Source of the DNA: an uncultured Bacteroidota bacterium
Lineage (GTDB): Bacteria; Bacteroidota; Bacteroidia; 2-12-FULL-35-15
Direction: 5' to 3'
NCBI GenBank assembly: GCA_903926385.1
Contig: CAIYIS010000025.1
Coordinates: 4,405 to 68,404, forward strand
Length of the DNA stretch: 64,000 nucleotides
Under the pieces are notes generated by a model. That model saw only the letters and a program-made list of their open reading frames with translations, was not told where the DNA came from and did not search any database. Position 1 is the first letter of the stretch, and each line of letters starts with the position of its first letter. This document shows, piece by piece, positions 10,457 through 19,257 of this stretch. Made by a program: the position numbers and the translations under genes.

Positions 10457-10581
10457 TTCTACGTCATCGTAACGTAATGAAATCACGATTATTCAATCCT
10501 TGCTTACTATTTGAATCCCATATTCTGAAAAATATAATTCTACGTCATCGTAACGTAATGAAATCACGATTATTCAATCCT
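10457..10581. repeat. Two perfect 44-bp direct repeats (TTCTACGTCATCGTAACGTAATGAAATCACGATTATTCAATCCT) separated by a 37-bp spacer
   Basis: Copies at 10457-10500 and 10538-10581 are identical by eye. Each contains the dyad TACGT-N7-ACGTA. Confidence 0.8.
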
Positions 10582-10848
10582 AGGTATTCAATTAAATTAT
10601 ACATACTTTGAATCATTTTGCAATGTATACGCTACATCTCAACAATTTAGACAACCAAAAACACATATTTAACAAATGAATCAATTAATAATGTTGGTGT
10701 TATACCCTTGCGAAAAATCAGTAATAGCATCAGGAAGTCTAAATTATTAACATTTTTTAATGAAATAATGTTAATAATATACCAAAATTGATTTATAAAA
10801 ATCGGGAAATAACATATCTTTGTCGAAGAAAACTATCCAAATAACTGA

Positions 10849-11304
10849 ATGGACGAAAATTTAATTAAATCTTTTAAATGGGTTGGGTTACTTTTTTCAT
10901 TTGCTTTTATTACTGAAAGCCTTTGTATTTATATTAAGTACGGACTAGTGAATACCTATCCATTACCAACTGGAATTAATAGTTGGTACGAAATGGCTGT
11001 GGATATGGAAAGGTTAATGATATACTCGATAATAATCATGAGTGCCATTTTAACTGATGTGATTTTAAATCCGAACCGATTTATGACATGGAAGATATGG
11101 AGTACTTGGACAGGGTTAATATTATTAGCCTCACTTATCACCTTTTATATTCTACACAAAGTATTTGAACAAAGCTGTTTACTTAAATTTAAGCAATCTG
11201 CTCCTCGAGCTGAGGAAATTTTACATTACATCGAATCGTCTTTGCCTCTTGGGGCTTTTTTAATTTCCGTTGTGTGGAAGTATTCTATTAACGTCACAGA
11301 ATAA
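10849..11304 (+). CDS. Small membrane protein, unknown function
   Basis: 151-aa ORF with 4 hydrophobic helices. No motif recognised. Confidence 0.4.
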   Translation: MDENLIKSFKWVGLLFSFAFITESLCIYIKYGLVNTYPLPTGINSWYEMAVDMERLMIYSIIIMSAILTDVILNPNRFMTWKIWSTWTGLILLASLITFYILHKVFEQSCLLKFKQSAPRAEEILHYIESSLPLGAFLISVVWKYSINVTE

Positions 11305-11474
11305 AAAGTGTTTCATTTAATTTTAAATAGCGCTTTGTTTTTGGTAATTACTTATTTCATTTATGAATTTTTTCATGATATCAAATCCATTAAAGAAATA
11401 AAACGAAAGAAATTTAAAAGAAGGTCAACAAAGACAACTAATACGAAACTTAAAGAAAAAATATACCAGAATAA

Positions 11475-12314
11475 ATGAATTTATTATTTTTTGTTATTTT
11501 CTTTTTAGGATTCTGCACATTCTTTTTTTTAGTTTTCATTACTGACATAAAAAAATTAAGTGGATTCCGTAAAGCAGCCGCTCAAGAAAACGAATTATTT
11601 AATTTGAAAGGTGGCAATTTTAGTTATTCACATCGAATTGACTATAACGAGAAGGATGAAGGGATATTACAAACCAACATTGATCAGTACTTTAAAATCA
11701 TGAAAAACGCTATAAAAAAAGCGGAAAGTGAAATTATTATTGTTGATTATACAAAACATGGAAAACATTTAGAGAAAATTGATTCAGATATTCATTTGTT
11801 TTATAATATCTCTCGGCATTATGAAGATTATTATTGTGAATTAGAGAAAATCATCACCAATAAAGAGGTTGAATACAACAGAATAATTTGTCTTCCTCCA
11901 TCGCAAAAGAACCTTAAAGATTTAAGTAAAATTTTATATAATGCTGTAAGATATGTATTTTATGGCACTTATAAACACCTTAAAAAACTTAAAAATAATC
12001 CCAATTTTAATTTATATATCTTACCCGGCCCAATTCGGACGAATAGTTTAATAATCATTGATAAGAAAATAGTACTATTTGAGTATGATTCCTACGGCCC
12101 TAATTTAGAATGTCGACCTGATTTACTTTTTATTCATTTTGACGATAATTTAGCAACTAATGAATATAATAAGGTTAAAGAGAGGATACATAATATTTCA
12201 AAAATTAATGTCGATGATTTATTAGCGGTGTATCTTGAAAAGATAATAAATCCAAAAACTTCGGTTGACGCATTCGGCAAAAAGAATATTGCAAAAACAG
12301 ATTTGACTAAGTAA
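11475..12314 (+). CDS. Hypothetical protein with N-terminal TM anchor
   Basis: 279-aa ORF. N-terminal hydrophobic helix (LLFFVIFFLGFCTFFFLVFI) followed by a soluble domain. No recognised family. Confidence 0.4.
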   Translation: MNLLFFVIFFLGFCTFFFLVFITDIKKLSGFRKAAAQENELFNLKGGNFSYSHRIDYNEKDEGILQTNIDQYFKIMKNAIKKAESEIIIVDYTKHGKHLEKIDSDIHLFYNISRHYEDYYCELEKIITNKEVEYNRIICLPPSQKNLKDLSKILYNAVRYVFYGTYKHLKKLKNNPNFNLYILPGPIRTNSLIIIDKKIVLFEYDSYGPNLECRPDLLFIHFDDNLATNEYNKVKERIHNISKINVDDLLAVYLEKIINPKTSVDAFGKKNIAKTDLTK

Positions 12315-12552
12315 CTTGTTTTAGCTTAAATTCCCTATAGCTTTCCAAATACAACTCATTCATCAAGGTTGCATAGAGAGCACTTAACTTTATCAGATTC
12401 TCTACACTCGGCATTGCCAGCCCCTTTTCCCATTTCGAAATTCTACTCGCAGATTTTAATCCGAGTAGTTTAGCAACTTCATTTTGTTTGTATCCCATTA
12501 ACAGCCTGTGCTTCCTTAAACTATTTTTATAACGTTTAGTTTTTTTCTTCAT
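12307..12552 (-). CDS. XRE-family (Cro/C1-type) helix-turn-helix transcriptional regulator
   Basis: LLMGYKQNEVAKLLGLKSASRISKWEKGLAMPSVENLIKLSALY is a canonical HTH_3 pattern. Immediately upstream of and co-oriented with ArdC-like copy 2. Confidence 0.7.
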   Translation of the reverse strand: MKKKTKRYKNSLRKHRLLMGYKQNEVAKLLGLKSASRISKWEKGLAMPSVENLIKLSALYATLMNELYLESYREFKLKQVT

Positions 12553-12554
12553 TG

Positions 12555-13598
12555 CTATCGTTCCATTGCTACAGTCTGTTCCTCTCCTCTCTCCCGTGTT
12601 TTCTGTAAATCGTTTTCTCGGCTATTTGTTTTGTCTTTTTTGTTTGTGTCCTTTGTTGATGGTTCTAATTCTTTTTCTTCTGGTTCAATTTCTTTTTCTT
12701 TCTCCTGAATATTCAAAATATAATCAGTCGCCTTTTGTGCCTGTGAACTGGCATAGACAATAAACTTCTTATCCTTTTTCAGTTTAGTAAGCCAGTTTTG
12801 AATATAGGCAGCGTTGTTCTCCAATTTTTCAATCGGAATGCCTGCAGATGATTTCAGATAAGAAGCACCCATTTCTGCGGTTAGTTCTTCAATAGCATAC
12901 TTTTCAGAACCAAACGCATTAGCATCGGTTATTTCTTTTCTGTTTAATCTGCTTTGGTGTCCACTACTGTGGACTAATTCATGGAAGAGTGAACCGTAAT
13001 AACTTTCACTATCCTTGAAAGTTTCCATTTTAGGCATATTCACAAAGTCTTTTTCTTTGTGATAAAAAGCTTGTTGTTCTTCATGCTTAATTTCAGGACG
13101 ATTCGGCATTTCCTTGATTATCTTTTCACATTCTTGAATCGGATCATTTTGTTTTTCTGCTATAGGTGGAAGTTTTGATTCTGGTATTCCTGTACATTGG
13201 GATATGTTGAATACTTTGTAGTATCTAAGGAGTGGTTTCTTTTCAATTTTCTTTGTTTCGGGATTTTCCTTCTCTATCCATTTCCAGAAAACAATGATAT
13301 TTCCCTTCTCATCTTTTTTAATACTTCCTCCTAGTTCTTTTACCTGTTTAAAGGTCAGAAATTCGTTCTGAGAGTATTTTAGTGAGGATAACAGCCAAAC
13401 ATTAACTCCTCTGTATTTATTGCGTGTAATCAAGTTTTTTGGCTGTCCTGCATCTGCCCAAGGTTGTTGCCAAGGTACAACGCCTTTTTCAAGATGTTCA
13501 ATGATTCGGTCAGTCACCATTTGATATACATCTGGTGCTGTCTTTGGTTTTTCATTTGTGTCTTTAGTTTGATTTTGGTTTGTATTAGTTGTGGTCAT
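12555..13598 (-). CDS. ArdC-like antirestriction/ssDNA-binding protein (DUF1738 + HExxH), copy 2, with extra N- and C-terminal charged extensions
   Basis: VPWQQPWADAGQPKNLITRNKYRGVNVWLL and HELVHSSGHQSRLNRKE. Collinear with copy 1 at roughly 50% identity by eye. Confidence 0.7.
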   Translation of the reverse strand: MTTTNTNQNQTKDTNEKPKTAPDVYQMVTDRIIEHLEKGVVPWQQPWADAGQPKNLITRNKYRGVNVWLLSSLKYSQNEFLTFKQVKELGGSIKKDEKGNIIVFWKWIEKENPETKKIEKKPLLRYYKVFNISQCTGIPESKLPPIAEKQNDPIQECEKIIKEMPNRPEIKHEEQQAFYHKEKDFVNMPKMETFKDSESYYGSLFHELVHSSGHQSRLNRKEITDANAFGSEKYAIEELTAEMGASYLKSSAGIPIEKLENNAAYIQNWLTKLKKDKKFIVYASSQAQKATDYILNIQEKEKEIEPEEKELEPSTKDTNKKDKTNSRENDLQKTRERGEEQTVAMER

Positions 13599-13645
13599 AG
13601 TTTTATATTTTAAATAGGTTTATTTATTAATAATTAAATTGTCTT

Positions 13646-14300
13646 TTATCGGTCAATATCTCTTTCTTGCTCTTCTGATTTGTCTGCCCGTAAGTCCTCT
13701 AATTCCTGTTGTCTTTCTTCGGCTTTGTTGTCGGTTGGTCCGATTTCATTGGATTTTTCTGTTTCATTTTCAATATCTTTTTCTGTTTCGATATGTTTTA
13801 ACTCATAGTAATAATGAGGCGAATGACTTTTTGTTACTGGCTCCAACTCTTTTGTTTCTTTTTAGTGGCATAGTATGGAGATGGTTTTCCTTTGGTTTGG
13901 TCTGAAAATACATTTAGACTAATTTTCTCCTTTTTCTTCTTGATTTTAACCGGCAGTTTTTTTAGTGTTTTTTCAATTCCTACAATAATTTTTGTTGCTA
14001 CATGGTGATATAGGTCAAATGGTGTCCTTATCTCCTTTCGGTTTTCTTCTTTCCCTTTCATGTTTATCTTGTTTTTGAAATGACTCTACTTTTTGTTTTT
14101 GACCTTATTTCATTTAGGGATTTTTCCCGTCTTTCTAATTCAGAAGGGCTGACCATACATTCACAGTATCCTGCATCTTCTGTTTGAATTTCGGAGTAAT
14201 AAATGCTTTCGATGTTTTCTGATTCTATTTCCTGATCGTTTTGGTAACTATTGTCTTTATTGAGTTCAGTGTCCTTGGTTTTATTTTCTTCGATTTCCAT
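13646..14300 (-). other. Three consecutive small highly charged ORFs (66, 75, 78 aa). Possibly small mobilization-associated proteins or a frameshifted remnant
   Basis: ORFs 13646..13846, 13834..14061 and 14064..14300 are head-to-tail on the minus strand between ArdC-like 2 and the relaxase. Low-complexity E/K-rich sequences with no motif. Confidence 0.25.
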
Positions 14301-14329
14301 TTTTAATTTATTTAGTTCTGATTTTTTAT

Positions 14330-15175
14330 TTATCTGCTTCTTTGGATATTTCTATTATTCATTTTTTCTCTTACTCTGTTTAATTCATTCGCTCTTGTTT
14401 TTGTCTTATTCAAATCTTGTATTCTTTCTTCTGTATATCCGAGACGATTGAAACGAAATTTGTGTTTACCGAATATGATACCTGTTGTTTTACCGCTTCT
14501 GTTGTATGTTTCAATTCCGCATTCTTTTAGTTTGTTGTAAAAATCTTCTATTGAGTTCGATGCTTTGTAACATGTTTTCAGCATTCCTATAACCTGTTCC
14601 TTTTCTGATTGCCTTCCTGTTCTTAATTTAAATTGATATTCTTTATCACTCGTTACTGCTTTTTCTTTCTTCCAATGTTCTACTACTGATTTTGATAATT
14701 CAGGATAATGTTTCTGCTGGTATTCTTGTATGTCTTTTTTGAGTTTTCTGAATTCACCTTTCGACATTCGCATGGCTTTGCCTGTGTGATATTCCAGTCC
14801 TGATGCACAAATATGAATGTGGTAATGGTTTTTATCAAAATGAGGAGCGATGACATATATTCCTTTTGGGTTTCTCCTTTGAATGTATTCCCTTGCCATT
14901 GCTTCCATCTTTTCAATGGATATATGTTTTGCATCTTCTTTGTGCCAGGAAAGTATTTCATGGGTAAGGATGACACTGTCTTTTCTTTTGTGTTTCCGGT
15001 ATGTTTCATTCTTTTTAAATTGTTTCTCCCAGCTTTCTATATTTCTTCCTTTCAGATTATGCGTTAGCATAAAGGTGTTTCCTTCTTTGTCAACTAAACG
15101 GTCTTTATCATTGGTTATGTATTCAAGTAGTTTTTTGTAGTTTGGTCTTTTATATGTTTTGACTTTGACTATCAT
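14330..15175 (-). CDS. Mobilization relaxase (MOB_P-type / Bacteroides MobB-like, PF03432)
   Basis: Histidine triad HFDKNHYHIHICAS (HxDxxxxHxH). N-terminal region MIVKVKTYKRPNYKKLLEYI is typical of the relaxase family start. Confidence 0.75.
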   Translation of the reverse strand: MIVKVKTYKRPNYKKLLEYITNDKDRLVDKEGNTFMLTHNLKGRNIESWEKQFKKNETYRKHKRKDSVILTHEILSWHKEDAKHISIEKMEAMAREYIQRRNPKGIYVIAPHFDKNHYHIHICASGLEYHTGKAMRMSKGEFRKLKKDIQEYQQKHYPELSKSVVEHWKKEKAVTSDKEYQFKLRTGRQSEKEQVIGMLKTCYKASNSIEDFYNKLKECGIETYNRSGKTTGIIFGKHKFRFNRLGYTEERIQDLNKTKTRANELNRVREKMNNRNIQRSR

Positions 15176-15647
15176 TTTTTTGTAAAGGAGGATTTCTAAA
15201 GAAATTATTGATTGCCTCTTCTAATGCGGTTATCTTCTTTTCAATTTCCTCTAGTTTTCGTTGACTCTCCCAATGATATTTTTCTTTTGGTTTTACTATG
15301 CTTTGTATCTGGTTTAAACAGTCAGAAAGGATTTGTTCTAAATACGCTATTTGCTCAGGATACGGGACAACAAAGGTCTGACTGATATAGGCAAGCACCG
15401 CCTGATGAATAAATCGGGTAATGGTCATTTTATGCCTTTCTGCCTCCCTCTGTACTTTGTCGTATTCCCCGTTATTTGAAAAATTAACGGTGAATTCGGG
15501 TTTACTTTTCCGTTGTTCCTGCTTGTATTTCAAAAGGTATTCTTTTCGATATGTCTTTTTTGCAAACTTGATTTCTTCGTCTGTTCCGTTTTCCAATACT
15601 CCTGTTGACTCCAGATATTCCCACATCTTTCCTGTTCGATTACTCAT
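15150..15647 (-). CDS. Relaxosome accessory protein (MobC/ribbon-helix-helix family)
   Basis: KMTITRFIHQAVLAYIS-type C-terminal motif. Overlaps the relaxase start by 26 bp and the T4CP end by 8 bp, suggesting a translationally coupled operon. Confidence 0.5.
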   Translation of the reverse strand: MSNRTGKMWEYLESTGVLENGTDEEIKFAKKTYRKEYLLKYKQEQRKSKPEFTVNFSNNGEYDKVQREAERHKMTITRFIHQAVLAYISQTFVVPYPEQIAYLEQILSDCLNQIQSIVKPKEKYHWESQRKLEEIEKKITALEEAINNFFRNPPLQKNDSQSQNI

Positions 15648-17085
15648 TGTCTTTCTTTTTAAGTGGTAAAATCGGTATGATCTCCATATTTGCAGATGTC
15701 TCTATTTCTTTGGGTGGAATCAAACTGTATTTTAAATAATGGCTTCGTTTGTAATATGGTTTCAGTCTTGCCATGATTGGTGGTTTGTTTCCGCAAATGA
15801 GTAATGCTCGTGTTTCTTTCATTGTTCGTATTTCATCGTTGGTCATTAAGGGTCGTACTACTTTTACTTTCTTGTCATTTTCGTATTCATATTTACCGAG
15901 TGTTTGTTCTAATTCTTTGGATGTTTCCAGTGATGTTCCTGTAAAATACATCTTAGCAAAACAGTTTGCTTTGATTGCATCTCCGTCATTTTTTCCATAG
16001 TGGTGAATGAGCTGACTGAAATCTTGTACCAAGAGCATTATTCCCGAACGGTGTTTTCTGACATTGGCAACTGCTAGTGGAAGGGTCGGAAGATTGAGTG
16101 AGGAGGCTTCATCTATTAAAAGAAAAATGTCTTTTTCATTTTGATTTGGAAAACGGGAAAGCAGAAAGGCAAAGAATTGTTCGAAGAAAAGGGACGTAAG
16201 AACGCTATAATATTTTTGATCGGCAACGGAGTTTTGAATATACAGGGCTGTTGGTTTGTCTCTGAATTCCTGTAAATTCAGATTATCCTTTGAGGTTACT
16301 TTGGCTACTGCTTCATCATTAAATATTTGAAGTGCTGCCTTACAGGTGGCAATTACTCCGCTTCTTACTTTTTCATCATAAGCAATGAAAGATTTGTATT
16401 CGGCAAATAATACCTCATCTGCATGTTTACTGAAAAGCGCATCTACTGATTCGGGATTGCCTCCTAATTGGTTTAACAGTTGTCTGACATTATATAGGTT
16501 TTGATATTGGACTTCTTGTTTCTTTAGAATGGTAATGAGCATGGCAAGTAAGGAGCTGGATTGTGTATTCCAGAAAGGGTCTTTGGTTTTACCTCCCAAA
16601 GCTGTTTCAACTAGCATGGATGCTACCTTTTGAATTTCAGAGGATGAGTTCGCACGTTGCAGTGGATTGTAACCGGAAGATTTTTCAGGTTTTGCAAAGT
16701 TTAATACTTTAATGTCATATCCTTTTTGTTGCAGGTATCCTGCACTTTTGGAAAAGAGTTCTCCCGATGGGTCGTGTATGACAAAACTTCCGTTCATAGA
16801 GTACAGGGATGGGAAAAGGACAACGCTAGATTTTCCTGTTCCTGTTCCTCCTACTATCAAGGCATTTTGGTAGGATAGCTTAATACTTAAATTCCGTGTG
16901 CCTGTTAAGCAGAAACCGAAATATCTTCGTGATAGTAATGTTCCCTGTCTTACAAATTCCGCATTGTACTCATTTTTCTTTTTAGGTATGGCTGTAATGG
17001 CAAAGGTGATGAGTTCTACTAATAGTTTGAAAAAACTTTCAAGTAGTTTGATTAATAGGGTAAAGAATTGTTCGATGATTATCAT
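15640..17085 (-). CDS. Type IV coupling protein (VirD4/TraG/MobC family ATPase)
   Basis: Walker A VGGTGTGKSS, Walker B LLIDEASSL, and a LLVQDFSQLIHHYGK motif. N-terminal TM anchor. Confidence 0.75.
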   Translation of the reverse strand: MIIIEQFFTLLIKLLESFFKLLVELITFAITAIPKKKNEYNAEFVRQGTLLSRRYFGFCLTGTRNLSIKLSYQNALIVGGTGTGKSSVVLFPSLYSMNGSFVIHDPSGELFSKSAGYLQQKGYDIKVLNFAKPEKSSGYNPLQRANSSSEIQKVASMLVETALGGKTKDPFWNTQSSSLLAMLITILKKQEVQYQNLYNVRQLLNQLGGNPESVDALFSKHADEVLFAEYKSFIAYDEKVRSGVIATCKAALQIFNDEAVAKVTSKDNLNLQEFRDKPTALYIQNSVADQKYYSVLTSLFFEQFFAFLLSRFPNQNEKDIFLLIDEASSLNLPTLPLAVANVRKHRSGIMLLVQDFSQLIHHYGKNDGDAIKANCFAKMYFTGTSLETSKELEQTLGKYEYENDKKVKVVRPLMTNDEIRTMKETRALLICGNKPPIMARLKPYYKRSHYLKYSLIPPKEIETSANMEIIPILPLKKKDNE

Positions 17086-17279
17086 TTGTATCGTGTATTA
17101 GTTGGTTTGGTAATAATGAACTGCAGGAATAGGTTGATTTGTTGTAAGGTAAGTTCTGCTAATCGCAGGACTCCCCATATACATATCACAATCAGTTTCA
17201 GGATAATTTTCAGGATGGTCCAAAGGATATTTTTCATTGTATTTTCTTTTTAAGGTTCTACTTCATTCTTTTTTGTTTT

Positions 17280-17993
17280 CTATATATTCAGGTTTGCAGA
17301 GATGGTTACGGTTGCTCCTTTATTTTGTAAAATCGTTTTGTAAAATTCAGAAGCGATTTTAAAGTCCGAATCGCTTTCAGGGTTTACGGGTTGAAAGACA
17401 AAATGTATTTCAATTCCTTTTAAATCCTGTATTTGTTGCATTTGCTCCAATTGTGTTTGTATTGACTCTGGTTTTGTTTTGAGAATCTTAATGGTCTGTT
17501 TATTATAAAAAGACAATTCCTTTGTGTTTTCCATTAAGTCGGAGTAAATAATCAATACTCTTTTTTGTGAATTACTTCGACTTAATTGGTTTAGCTTTCG
17601 TACCAATGGGAGATAGATAGAAGAGTTCCGTTTACCTATCGTGTCTTTATTACTGTTTTCAATAATTTTGGTTGCCCGATTCTTGAAATTTTTGATTTCC
17701 TTTTCTCTTTCCAGTTCATTTGATAACCATTGATTTTGTATATTAATCTTTGCTTCATTGATTGGGTTATAACTGACATCTGTAATATTCCCAAAAGAAA
17801 AGTTTGATCCATTCCATTGATTGTTTTGTAAATCAAAAAGGCTGAGAATTTCATCGGCATTTGGTTTGGCTATACTCTTTTCGGTGACATCTCTCAATAC
17901 AACGATTTCAGTTGTGGTTGGTTTTACGGATGTGCAGGACACAATGAACATTATTGCTATTAGTGTGATAATGATTATGGATGTAGTTTTCAT
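17280..17993 (-). CDS. Lipoprotein of unknown function (element cargo)
   Basis: Signal peptide plus lipobox MKTTSIIIITLIAIMFIVSCTS. No catalytic motif. Confidence 0.45.
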   Translation of the reverse strand: MKTTSIIIITLIAIMFIVSCTSVKPTTTEIVVLRDVTEKSIAKPNADEILSLFDLQNNQWNGSNFSFGNITDVSYNPINEAKINIQNQWLSNELEREKEIKNFKNRATKIIENSNKDTIGKRNSSIYLPLVRKLNQLSRSNSQKRVLIIYSDLMENTKELSFYNKQTIKILKTKPESIQTQLEQMQQIQDLKGIEIHFVFQPVNPESDSDFKIASEFYKTILQNKGATVTISANLNI

Positions 17994-18003
17994 TTTTGTT
18001 TTA

Positions 18004-19059
18004 TTAAAAGGTTATAGTGATAATGTCAGGTTCTGAGACTTGTTGTGAAAAGCATTCGGGTATAATTTTGTCTGTACGGTACATCAGGTTTGTTGATTTG
18101 AATATTTCTAAGGTTTCAAAATACATTTTACGTATTCTGTCATTCGCTGAATTGGCATAGTGAATTACTCGAAGTCTGTCCTTGGTTCTTTCTAAAACCG
18201 TTTTCTTGATTTCTTGTCTCTCCTGTTTTAGTTTACCTATCTCTTTCTTCCGTTTATTAATTCTTTTTAGTGTTAATAGATGCTGTGTGTTTTGTTTTAT
18301 TTCAGTCCATGTCGGAAGGATGAAGAAGGATAGAAAAGCTGAAACGATAAAGAAGAAGAGGTTTACTACAACAAAATAGGACGGGTTGATATGTACTTCA
18401 TGGTCGGCTAGGTATTCTGATCTGAATATGGCCAGTACAGAAAATACGATTGTTACAAAGGTTAGACAACCGAAAAGTATAAGTCTTCTTTGTAGGGTTG
18501 TTTTCGCTCCTTTATACAAAAAGGTGGAAAAATGGGCGAATGCTAACACGGCTACTGATACTGAAAAGGAAAGGATAAGGGCAAACAACATGCTTTCTCC
18601 TGTAACTTGAAATGCTTTTGTATTAAATATGATTTCTCCTAAGGTGACGATAAGGGACAGAATTCCTGCCCAAATCATTCTTTTTACGATACTGCCATGA
18701 TTAAAATTTCCCATTTCGTATTCATCGTTTCGGTTGTTGTCTTCTCTGACCTTTATCTCATTTTCAAGGTTTTTGTCCTTTTCCTTAAAAAAGTCCGCAT
18801 CCATTTTGGCTTCCGGGAAATGTGCCTCCGGTTGTAAATAATGCATTACCTCACTTGCGAGTTTTTCATACCCCGCTTTTATCTCTCCTGTGTAATGTGA
18901 AATGTTATCACTTTCAGGTGCTGGTAGATTTTGCCTCGCAAAATGTTTTGCATTTTTCCTTGTTTGTTCTTTTAGTTCAGAATCTCTTTTCTGAATCATT
19001 TCTTCCAATACTGTATCTTGGATACTGCCGGAAGCAATTGTGATTGCTTTAGTGTTCAT
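18004..19059 (-). CDS. Membrane protein with central TM bundle and C-terminal coiled coil, unknown function
   Basis: 351-aa ORF with ~4 TM helices (aa ~120-250) followed by a K/E-rich helix. Last gene before the element end. Confidence 0.4.
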   Translation of the reverse strand: MNTKAITIASGSIQDTVLEEMIQKRDSELKEQTRKNAKHFARQNLPAPESDNISHYTGEIKAGYEKLASEVMHYLQPEAHFPEAKMDADFFKEKDKNLENEIKVREDNNRNDEYEMGNFNHGSIVKRMIWAGILSLIVTLGEIIFNTKAFQVTGESMLFALILSFSVSVAVLAFAHFSTFLYKGAKTTLQRRLILFGCLTFVTIVFSVLAIFRSEYLADHEVHINPSYFVVVNLFFFIVSAFLSFFILPTWTEIKQNTQHLLTLKRINKRKKEIGKLKQERQEIKKTVLERTKDRLRVIHYANSANDRIRKMYFETLEIFKSTNLMYRTDKIIPECFSQQVSEPDIITITF

Positions 19060-19106
19060 TTTTTATTTAGATTAAGGATTAATAAATCGTATTTTTGCGA
19101 AAATTG

Positions 19107-19138
19107 GAGTGCGGACGAAGTGCGGAAACAGAGTGCGG
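19107..19138 (+). repeat. Three direct AGTGCGGA repeats spaced 11 and 13 bp, putative integrase/excisionase arm-type sites
   Basis: ggAGTGCGGAcgaAGTGCGGAaacagAGTGCGGAaatg, located ~70 bp inside the element end next to the tRNA fragment. Confidence 0.5.
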
Positions 19139-19206
19139 AAATGTTCAATTTCGCTCTTTTTTGCATACTTAGATGCCTTGATTTTAGGGCTATTTCAGGG
19201 GGTATA

Positions 19207-19253
19207 ACAGACTCATAATCTGTGGGTGCTTGGTTCGATTCCAAGTGGGCCCA
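19207..19253 (+). tRNA. tRNA-Met(CAT)-like 3' half (anticodon arm + variable loop + T arm + 3' acceptor strand); no matching 5' half, so an att-site remnant rather than a gene
   Basis: Anticodon stem ACAGA/TCTGT with loop CTCATAA (U33, CAT, A37). T arm CTTGG-TTCGATT-CCAAG. 3' acceptor TGGGCCC plus discriminator A. Upstream sequence cannot form a D arm or a complementary acceptor 5' strand. Confidence 0.6.
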
Positions 19254-19257
19254 CTAA

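Larger units (their letters stand above)
5646..19256. mobile_element. Integrative mobilizable element (IME/NBU-like). Right end at the tRNA-Met 3' fragment; left end uncertain, either ~5.65 kb or beyond window start
   Basis: Tyrosine integrase, MOB relaxase, RHH-type accessory protein and T4CP are present, but no T4SS genes. There are two ArdC-like genes, an XRE regulator and cargo ORFs. The right boundary is a tRNA 3'-half fragment preceded by arm-type direct repeats and followed by the tRNA's terminator and the chromosomal thiL gene. No intact tRNA or matching att repeat was found on the left inside the window. Confidence 0.5.

Noticed and set aside
10457-10581. CRISPR array interpretation of the 44-bp repeats
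   Set aside because: There are only two repeats and one spacer, no cas genes in the window, and the location is inside an IME. It is kept as an unexplained direct repeat rather than called CRISPR.
14683-15140. ORFs 14683..15009 (-), 14813..15067 (+) and 14883..15140 (+)
   Set aside because: They are alternative-frame or antisense ORFs embedded in the relaxase gene, whose HxDxxxxHxH motif defines the true frame.
19018-19244. ORFs 19018..19218 (+) and 19056..19244 (-)
   Set aside because: They span the arm repeats and tRNA fragment at the element junction. This is non-coding att-region sequence.
19187-19256. Intact tRNA-Met gene
   Set aside because: Only the anticodon arm, T arm and 3' acceptor strand fold. 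The 11 nt available upstream of the anticodon stem cannot form a D arm, and the 5' acceptor strand (GGGCTAT) does not pair with TGGGCCC. It is called a 3' fragment (att remnant).
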